Part shown: positions 1-6,527 of the stretch, in pieces
Layout: every line of letters starts with the position of its first letter
How positions within the stretch are numbered: position 1 is the stretch's first letter
Notes under the pieces: model-generated
What the model saw: the letters and a program-made list of their open reading frames with translations, nothing else
Databases searched by the model: none
What the model was told of the DNA's origin: nothing
Made by a program: the position numbers and the translations under genes
Origin: Elusimicrobiota bacterium
Lineage (GTDB): Bacteria > Elusimicrobiota > Endomicrobiia > CG1-02-37-114 > JAHJSO01
DNA: 11,788 nucleotides
Assembly (NCBI GenBank): GCA_043826435.1
Contig: JBDRQF010000028.1
Span: 1-11,788 of the forward strand
Direction of reading: 5' to 3'

Positions 1-1
1 C

Positions 2-1450
2 TGTTCAAATATTACAAATAACAGTGTTGATTTATCCTGGAATGCCAACGGTGGCAGTAAATTTAAAGTTGAGCGTTCAAGCGATGGTGCAGGTGGACCA
101 TGGACAAAAGCCACAGATTACTATATATCAACATCTTTTACTGACGGGACTTTGCTTAAGGCAACAACTTACTGGTTCAGGGTCTGGGGCTATAATGGTG
201 ATAATGTTTTGACAACAGAGCCAACAAATATTGCCAGCGCGATCACAGCAGCAAATATTTCTCCGCCAACAGATTTTTCAGGCATAGCAATTTCATCTAC
301 AATAATAAGATGGACATGGACTGACAATGGGACAAATGAGACGGGATACAGAATTCACACATCAACCCATGGGATAATAGCATCTTTGTCTGCCAATGCA
401 ACTTTTTGGATAGAATCAGGGGCACTGCCAAATACTCAATACACAAGGCATTCAAATGTTTATAATTCAGGTGGCGATGCTGATTCTAATTCTTTTTCTG
501 TTTATACTTTAGCCCAGCCACCATCAGATTTGCAGTCAACAGGAAAAACAAGTTATACTATTGACTTATCATGGTCAGGCAATGGTGCAACGCGGTTTGC
601 AATTGAAAGGGCAAATGACAATAGCGGTGTGCCGGGTACATGGGTTATGATAAAGAGTTGGTCAGATAATCTAACAGGAACAACTTTTACTGACAGCGAA
701 CTTAATCACAACACAAAATATTGGTATCGTATAAAAAGTTATAATGCCGATGCCATCATTAATAATACACCAAGCAATCAGGTCAGTGTTAAGACGACTG
801 AAGATGTTACCTCGCCAACAGCACCTGGGGAGATTACCCTCACCCTGCCCTCAGGTGGTGACCAAATCAAGCCGGGGGACACGACCCTCGGTTTGTCAGC
901 CAAAGCCGAAGCAGACAGTTCTTTATATTTAGTAATTATCAAAGACCAGAACGGCAACGAACTTTCAAAGTGCATTGACACATCAGGCATTACAATTGAC
1001 GCAAACGGCAATATCTCCGGCACAATTACCATTGGTGACCTTGCCCGCAATTGCCCGCTTACTACTTCAATCACAATTGAAATTAAAGTCAAGGATAAGG
1101 CGGGAAATATTTCAACCCCCGGCGTTTCAAACCCGCTAAAAATTGCTCCAGCAACAACCACCCCGCAATTAAAACTCTACAACAATCTTTTTGACCCAAC
1201 CCAGCCCGGCCAGAAAGTCAGCATCCGCTATGAATTGCCAGAGCCCGTCGCTGTAACCATAACAATACACGATATACACGGCAGGGAGATTAAAAAAATA
1301 GTTGATAACCAGCGTCTTCCCGCAGGTGTTCAAATAACAGAATGGTCAGGCAGAAACATCGCCGATGAGGTTGTTGCGAGTGGAACTTACATTGTTTATA
1401 TTCAGGCGGGTAGTTACAAGGCAAAAAAGAAGGTCTTAATAGTCAAGTAA
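2..1450 (+). CDS. Fibronectin type III repeat secreted/surface protein with Ig-like domain and C-terminal T9SS type-A / FlgD-Ig-like sorting domain (5' truncated by window edge)
   Basis: The frame is open from base 2 (CSNITNNSVDLSWNANGGSKFKVERS...), so the TTG at 152 is internal. Three FN3-like units lie at ~2-247, 248-508 and 509-799 (DLSW/RWTW ... L-x-x-x-T-x-Y-x-[YF]-R patterns). An Ig-like domain at ~800-1150 runs DVTSPTAP...VKDKAGNIS. The C-terminal domain at 1166-1450 reads LYNNLFDP...IRYELP...ITIHDIHGREIK...WSGRN...VASGTYIVYI...KKKVLIVK. Confidence 0.88.
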   Translation, partial: CSNITNNSVDLSWNANGGSKFKVERSSDGAGGPWTKATDYYISTSFTDGTLLKATTYWFRVWGYNGDNVLTTEPTNIASAITAANISPPTDFSGIAISSTIIRWTWTDNGTNETGYRIHTSTHGIIASLSANATFWIESGALPNTQYTRHSNVYNSGGDADSNSFSVYTLAQPPSDLQSTGKTSYTIDLSWSGNGATRFAIERANDNSGVPGTWVMIKSWSDNLTGTTFTDSELNHNTKYWYRIKSYNADAIINNTPSNQVSVKTTEDVTSPTAPGEITLTLPSGGDQIKPGDTTLGLSAKAEADSSLYLVIIKDQNGNELSKCIDTSGITIDANGNISGTITIGDLARNCPLTTSITIEIKVKDKAGNISTPGVSNPLKIAPATTTPQLKLYNNLFDPTQPGQKVSIRYELPEPVAVTITIHDIHGREIKKIVDNQRLPAGVQITEWSGRNIADEVVASGTYIVYIQAGSYKAKKKVLIVK

Positions 1451-1503
1451 GATGAACGGCCTCAGGCGGGCTCATGCAAAGCGAAGAAAAAAGTTCTCGT
1501 GGT

Positions 1504-1507
1504 GGAG
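1504..1507 (+). promoter_or_regulatory. Shine-Dalgarno (GGAG) supporting a start at ATG 1518
   Basis: GGAG lies 10 nt upstream of the ATG ATG ATG run at 1518, which is followed by a hydrophobic signal-peptide-like segment. Confidence 0.55.
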
Positions 1508-1517
1508 TAGAAATTTT

Positions 1518-4265
1518 ATGATGATGTTTTTTATAACGCTTATTTTAGCCGTTTTTGTTTATCCACTTTACCCCGCCACAGGCAAACCAGGGGCGGTATT
1601 TCTTTTAGAAGAAACAGGAGCCCGTCCGCTTGGTATGGGCTCAGCATTTTGCTCTGTTTCAGACGATGCCTCACTTATTTCAGCCAACCCCGCAGGGCTA
1701 AACTACATTGTCTATCCTGAACTGACCACGATGTATCACAAAGGTCTTATTGACACATATTATGGTTTTGCCGGGATTGTTCTACCACTGAAAAAACAGG
1801 CAACACTTGAATTTGGCGCCCTTGTTTATGACGGTGGTGAAGTTGAAATAAACTATCTTGAGGGCATAGCCAGCGGAATAAGCAAAACAGTAAAAGCAGA
1901 ACAGGACACAGTAATTTCAGCAGGTGCCGGCACAAATTTCTCAGAAGAATTTTTTGCAGGTCTGAATGCAAAATTCATAAACAGCCGGCTGGCAGATGAG
2001 TATTCAGCCAGCACAATTGCTTTTGATTTCGGACTGATTTTCAGACCGCCCTCTGACCGTTTTTCAATTGGTGTCTCAGCCCGGAACTTTGGCACAGGAC
2101 TTAAATACAAAAATATAACAGACCCGCTGCCGTCAGACATAAGGTTTGGTATTTCATATAAACCGATGACAAGCCCGAGTCACACCTTGCTTGTTGCATC
2201 AGACATGATTCAACCGACCAATGATAACACAAAATACCATTTTGGCATTGAATACTTGTTTTCAGGACTTGTTGCACTGCGATGCGGGTACAAACTTGGC
2301 TATAAGCCAAATGTTCTAACTGCCGGACTTGGTCTGCGTGCCTTCTATGGGCAGGTTGACTACGGATATGTCACACAACTTGATGAACTCACCCATAAGA
2401 TTTCTTTTACAACAAGGTTTGGCTCGCCAAAACTGTTTAACATTGCCGAAAAATATTATTCAAAAGGAATGCCCGTCCGTGCAAAAACATATCTAACAAA
2501 AATTCCCAGGGGTGATTCGGACTACGCATCCGCCCAGAATAAACTTGCCCAAATAGAAGAAGAACTTGCCCGCCAGAGAGCAATTGCAGTTGCGAAAGCC
2601 CGTGAAAAAGAACTTGCAAAAAGAGGACTGGATGTTACTGGTAAGCCCCCTCTACTTAAGATAACAGAGGTTGAATTTACAGAAGAAACAAGAGACAAAT
2701 TTCTTTCAGCACTTGAGTCCTGTAAAATTAAATTTTATGTTGAAAATTCCGCCGGCGCTGGAGTTGCCCTGAATGTAAAAGTAAGTATAGATGTTTCACC
2801 TGTCGGTTCTGATATTTCATTTACAAGGGTTTTTAATCCGGGTGATATTAAACCCGGCGTGAAAAAATCCGTGAATGTTTCAATAAACTCGGGCGAGCGA
2901 CTGCCCGACGGCAAACTAACTTTCACAATAAGTGTTGAAGAAAGAAACGGATTTAACCCTGACCCTGTTTTGGTTATGATAGACACAAAAAAACTTGAGC
3001 CGCCGTCACTTGAAATCGCCAGGGCAGAAATTGATGACGGAATGTATGTTGACGACTCTTCAAGATTTTGTGTTGGGAATGGCGATGGGATTGTTCAAAA
3101 AGGAGAATCAGTAGAAGTTAATCTGACGCTTCTCAATAAAGGCAGTGGTTCAACAAGAAAGACATCTATTCAGGTTATCTCTGATAATAAAGATGTCGCT
3201 GTTATATCAGGCAGGGAAAATGTCTATTCCGGTGATATAAAACCAGGCGAATGGAAAAAGGTCTTTTTTGCATTCAGTGTCAGCCGTCTTTATAATGGTC
3301 CTGAAAAACTACCCGTTAAATTAGAGATTACAGACGATAGAAAAATTTTTAACAGAACGATACCTGTTGATATACAACTCGGCAGGGTTTATGCAAAGGT
3401 TCAGTTAGTTGAAATTAAAGGCACTCAGACAGAAACATCTGCACTTGTTATGCCAACCTTTGGCGCTGATTTGTACCCTGTTCCTGAGACAAAAATTAAA
3501 AGCCCAGATGGTATTGCCATAGTAATTGGTGTGAGAAATTACAAACACCGCGATGTGCCATCTGTAGAATACGCCCTGTATGACGCAGGACTTGTCCGAG
3601 AATATCTCATAAAAACACTTGGTTTTCGTGAAGGAAACATAATTTATTTAGAGAATCCGACAAAAGGCGATTTTGAAAGGGTCTTCGGAACAGAAAAAAA
3701 TTATAAAGGTCAGTTGTTTAATTATATCAAGTCAGGGAAGTCAGATGTGTTTGTGTATTATGCTGGACATGGTGCACCTGACTTAGAAACCAAAGACGCA
3801 TATTTTGTTCCGTCGGACTGTCACCCGAATTATGTGCGTTTGAATGGATATTCTTTAGATTTATTTTATGATAATTTAAGCAAGGTTGTTGCAAAAAGTA
3901 TTACGGTTGTTATAGATGCATGTTTCAGCGGGGCATCTGAAAAAGGTATGCTTATAGCAAAGGCGAGTCCACTGGTTGTTGTTCCAGCAAAAGGCAGGGT
4001 TTCAGAAAAAATTGATTTATTTACCTCATCTTCTGGTGATGAGATATCATCCTGGTATCCCGAGAAAAATCATTCGCTTTTTACTTATTATTTTCTGAAA
4101 GCGCTCCAGGGTGATGCAGACAAAAACAAAGATAAGAATTTAACTTTTAGTGAGGTAAGGGACTACATTGACGAGAATGTGCCTTATGTAGCAAGACGGT
4201 TATACGGCAGAACACAGACCCCGTCGTTCACGGGCGCTCAAAACAAGGTTATGGTAAGATATTAA
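1518..4265 (+). CDS. PorV/PorQ (UPF0164)-family outer-membrane beta-barrel fused to helical linker, two Ig-like domains and C-terminal caspase-like (peptidase C14) domain
   Basis: Signal-peptide-like MMMFFITLILAVFVYPLYPA, then the PorV signature FLLEETGARPLGMGSAF...DDASLISANPAGL. Amphipathic strands end at HKISFTTRFG (~2423). A TPR/coiled-coil-like linker spans 2424-2640 and Ig-like repeats begin at 2643 and 2997. The caspase domain from ~3500 has AIVIGVRNY, FVYYAGHG (His 3768-3770), VVIDACFSG (Cys 3921-3923), HSLFTYYFLKALQG and QTP. The ORF track start at 1452 is an alternative. Confidence 0.9.
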   Translation: MMMFFITLILAVFVYPLYPATGKPGAVFLLEETGARPLGMGSAFCSVSDDASLISANPAGLNYIVYPELTTMYHKGLIDTYYGFAGIVLPLKKQATLEFGALVYDGGEVEINYLEGIASGISKTVKAEQDTVISAGAGTNFSEEFFAGLNAKFINSRLADEYSASTIAFDFGLIFRPPSDRFSIGVSARNFGTGLKYKNITDPLPSDIRFGISYKPMTSPSHTLLVASDMIQPTNDNTKYHFGIEYLFSGLVALRCGYKLGYKPNVLTAGLGLRAFYGQVDYGYVTQLDELTHKISFTTRFGSPKLFNIAEKYYSKGMPVRAKTYLTKIPRGDSDYASAQNKLAQIEEELARQRAIAVAKAREKELAKRGLDVTGKPPLLKITEVEFTEETRDKFLSALESCKIKFYVENSAGAGVALNVKVSIDVSPVGSDISFTRVFNPGDIKPGVKKSVNVSINSGERLPDGKLTFTISVEERNGFNPDPVLVMIDTKKLEPPSLEIARAEIDDGMYVDDSSRFCVGNGDGIVQKGESVEVNLTLLNKGSGSTRKTSIQVISDNKDVAVISGRENVYSGDIKPGEWKKVFFAFSVSRLYNGPEKLPVKLEITDDRKIFNRTIPVDIQLGRVYAKVQLVEIKGTQTETSALVMPTFGADLYPVPETKIKSPDGIAIVIGVRNYKHRDVPSVEYALYDAGLVREYLIKTLGFREGNIIYLENPTKGDFERVFGTEKNYKGQLFNYIKSGKSDVFVYYAGHGAPDLETKDAYFVPSDCHPNYVRLNGYSLDLFYDNLSKVVAKSITVVIDACFSGASEKGMLIAKASPLVVVPAKGRVSEKIDLFTSSSGDEISSWYPEKNHSLFTYYFLKALQGDADKNKDKNLTFSEVRDYIDENVPYVARRLYGRTQTPSFTGAQNKVMVRY

Positions 4266-4270
4266 AGGAG
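4265..4270 (+). promoter_or_regulatory. Shine-Dalgarno (AAGGAG) for GTG at 4277
   Basis: AAGGAG lies 6 nt upstream of GTG 4277 and overlaps the last base of the upstream stop codon. Confidence 0.7.
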
Positions 4271-4276
4271 TTTCCG

Positions 4277-5260
4277 GTGACTGTTCATCTGGTGGTTTTT
4301 CTTTTTATGGTTCAGTTATATGGTTGTTCATCTGTTCCTAAGAAAGTTCAAAAAATAGATTTGAAACAAAAATCTGATACACTTTTTTCTGAACTTGAGA
4401 AAGAAGAAAAAGATATATCCCGACTCCCCCAGACAAAACCGTCTCCGAAATCTCTGAAAAACGAACCCTCCGGAGGAGCCGCAGGAGAAGTATTCAATTT
4501 TGAAGAAACAGGAACTGGTTTTGCATCAAAATATGAAAGAGCAATAGAGTCAGAAAAACGCGCAGAAGATGATGCACTATCAAAGGCGTTTCGCAAAACA
4601 GGGGTTGATGTATATTATGGATTCAGTGATGTTTTAGCCCAGTATGGTGAAACAAAATATCAGTTCGTTGCAAGGTATCTATACACATGGACAGGGGCTG
4701 TTGTAGAATACGAGAGAGTAGGAGAACCACAATTTGTAACTTTGCCGTCAGGCGAGATTAAATGCGCCCTTAAATTAAAAGGGAAAATTCACATTAAAGG
4801 TCAACCCGACCCTGCTTATGAAATTCGTGACTTTACACTTAACCAGCCCGTTTATTATGACGGAAACGAAGTCCGAATAAGTTTCCGTTCAACAAAGGAC
4901 TCTTATGTTCATCTTTTAGTTATTGATGAAGAACAAAACGCTATTTTGATTTATCCGAATAAATATGAGGGTTCAAATTTTATTAAGGCGGGACAGATTT
5001 TTAATTTCCCTGACGATAAATCAAATATTACAATTAAAGCAGTTCTACCCGAAGGTAAAAAAGAAACAATAGAACTTCTGCATATTATTTTGACTAAAAA
5101 TTTACCGATATTTTCGTCAGATGAAACAAAAGAAGTTCAGATTGGAGAGTACAAGCAATTTTCAGCAGGGGACTTGTCCTCTACTTCAAAACGACTGGCA
5201 AGACAAAACCGCTCTGATTGGACTATGGTGGTATTGCCTTATACAATAAAATCTCGTTGA
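4277..5260 (+). CDS. DUF4384-domain lipoprotein with FlgT-N/LPP20-like middle region
   Basis: Lipobox LYG-C17. The middle region ETGTGFA...EKRAEDDALSKA resembles the FlgT N-terminal/LPP20 fold (weaker call). A DUF4384-like segment at ~4844-5016 reads PVYYDGNEVRISFRSTKDSYVHLLVID...ILIYPN...NFIKAGQIFNFP. Confidence 0.8.
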   Translation: MTVHLVVFLFMVQLYGCSSVPKKVQKIDLKQKSDTLFSELEKEEKDISRLPQTKPSPKSLKNEPSGGAAGEVFNFEETGTGFASKYERAIESEKRAEDDALSKAFRKTGVDVYYGFSDVLAQYGETKYQFVARYLYTWTGAVVEYERVGEPQFVTLPSGEIKCALKLKGKIHIKGQPDPAYEIRDFTLNQPVYYDGNEVRISFRSTKDSYVHLLVIDEEQNAILIYPNKYEGSNFIKAGQIFNFPDDKSNITIKAVLPEGKKETIELLHIILTKNLPIFSSDETKEVQIGEYKQFSAGDLSSTSKRLARQNRSDWTMVVLPYTIKSR

Positions 5261-5276
5261 AAGGGGGTAAAGTTTT

Positions 5277-5792
5277 ATGAACAAGTTGTATAAACTTTTT
5301 GTTGGCTTAACTTTAGGTGCTTTGCTCTTCGGTTGTGTAACCACGGGCAAAGGGCCTGAATGGACAGTAAAAGGCGGCGGCGCATTTACGAAGGACAAGG
5401 GTAAGGTCTTTTATGGAGTTGGCAGGGCATCGTCAGAAATAAAAGACAAATCCCTGCGTATTGAAGCAGCGGATAACCGCGCCCGTGCTGATTTACAGAG
5501 GGTCTTTGATACTTACACTGCATACCTTATGAAGGACTATCAGGGACAGGATGGCCAGTTAATTGAACGCGCCTGCAAGACATTTGCTGCAGGGCATTTA
5601 TCAGGAGTGGAAATCGTTGACCATTACACAGACAAAGATGGAATGATGAATGCACTCGCGAAACTTGACCTTGAAACATTCAGAAAAGCGATGGAACTCG
5701 CGAAAGAACTATCAGATGTGGCCAGAGAACATTTACGCAAACGTTCCGATGCACTCTTTGAACAGTTAGAAAAGGAAGAGGGGAAAAGATAG
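5277..5792 (+). CDS. LPP20-family lipoprotein
   Basis: Signal peptide MNKLYKLFVGLTLGALLFG-C20 (lipobox). It has the LPP20-like pattern PEW...FYGVGRA...AADNRARADL...LSGVEIVD. Purine-rich AAGGGGG upstream serves as an RBS. Confidence 0.82.
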   Translation: MNKLYKLFVGLTLGALLFGCVTTGKGPEWTVKGGGAFTKDKGKVFYGVGRASSEIKDKSLRIEAADNRARADLQRVFDTYTAYLMKDYQGQDGQLIERACKTFAAGHLSGVEIVDHYTDKDGMMNALAKLDLETFRKAMELAKELSDVAREHLRKRSDALFEQLEKEEGKR

Positions 5793-5807
5793 GTGGTGCA
5801 ATATTTA

Positions 5808-6482
5808 TCATGATGGGTTCGCCAATCCCCTGAGCAGTTGCACACCGAAATAGACAAGTATTAACCCGCTTACAATTCTCAGGACGATAAACAGCACGGG
5901 GCGTTTCCCCGGCTGCCCCGACAGATAGCTCCACCGGGAGACAATTCCGGAAAAAATACCCAGGGGTATAACGGGGCTGAATATTGTACCGAGCCCGAAA
6001 GACAATCCCGATAAAAACCCGGTAAATGTATTTTCAGATGTAGCGGCGATATAAGTCAATATACCGAGCAGGGGCATGCAGGGGGAAAATCCAATTAGAA
6101 GACCCATTGTTATTATGCTGAGAGATGATTTTTCAACCGTCCATCTGTGGAGATATTTACAGAACGGGTTTAAATCCTTCCCGAGCAGATAAGCGATTCC
6201 TATTAGCAAAACGATTATACCTAACAGTGTCTTTGTCCAGAACTGCTGTGGCCCGACGAGTTTCATCGCTGACCTGTATGCCAGCGCTGCAATCAAACCA
6301 AGAACAGAATAGGCGATTACTCTTGATAGAGAAAATACGACGGCTAATCTAAGCCCTGATTTCCAATCGCTTCCTTTTGCCACAATGTAGGGTAATATTA
6401 CCGGCAGGCAGATTAAAAGACAGGGGCCATTTGCAAGGGAAAAACCTGCAACAAAAAATTTCAACAGTTCTCTGATTTCCAT
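5808..6482 (-). CDS. DsbD_2 / CcdA-like (often annotated sulfite exporter TauE/SafE) multi-pass membrane protein
   Basis: About 6 hydrophobic helices with paired membrane Cys motifs GPCLLICLP and GFSPCMP, plus SRVIAYSVLG and SFGLGT motifs. ATG 6482 is preferred; GTG 6491 is an alternative. Confidence 0.8.
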   Translation of the reverse strand: MEIRELLKFFVAGFSLANGPCLLICLPVILPYIVAKGSDWKSGLRLAVVFSLSRVIAYSVLGLIAALAYRSAMKLVGPQQFWTKTLLGIIVLLIGIAYLLGKDLNPFCKYLHRWTVEKSSLSIITMGLLIGFSPCMPLLGILTYIAATSENTFTGFLSGLSFGLGTIFSPVIPLGIFSGIVSRWSYLSGQPGKRPVLFIVLRIVSGLILVYFGVQLLRGLANPS

Positions 6483-6483
6483 G

Positions 6484-6527
6484 TTTACCACTCATTCACC
6501 ACCCGTTCACCACCCGTTCACCACTCG
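6484..6527. repeat. 4 x 11-bp imperfect tandem repeat (consensus TTCACCACYCG)
   Basis: Units are tttaccactca (6484-6494), ttcaccacccg (6495-6505), ttcaccacccg (6506-6516) and ttcaccactcg (6517-6527). Confidence 0.9.

Noticed and set aside
152..154. TTG start given by the ORF track for the FN3 protein
   Set aside because: The frame is open to the window edge and the upstream translation is clearly part of an FN3 unit.
1452..1517. Basic N-terminal extension MNGLRRAHAKRRKK as a Tat signal
   Set aside because: There is no S/T-R-R-x-F-L-K consensus. A GGAG precedes ATG 1518, and beta-barrels normally use Sec. The longer start is not fully excluded.
3500..4265. Caspase as part of a CRISPR/CBASS/gasdermin-type anti-phage system
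   Set aside because: The protein appears exported, and no gasdermin, cyclase, NLR-like or Cas gene is in the window.
4277..5792. Flagellar H-ring (FlgT/FlgP) or hook-cap (FlgD) locus
   Set aside because: The resemblance is at domain-fold level only, and no flagellar structural genes are nearby.
5793..5830. Bidirectional intrinsic terminator at the convergent junction
   Set aside because: Only a short ATCATGAT palindrome is present, with no stable stem or U-tract.
6485..6520. Selenocysteine/readthrough of the amrS TGA
   Set aside because: The TGA is at the normal family C-terminus, and readthrough would add only repeat-derived residues before a TAA.
6484..6527. Repeat array as CRISPR
   Set aside because: The units are 11 bp and contiguous, with no spacers and no cas genes.
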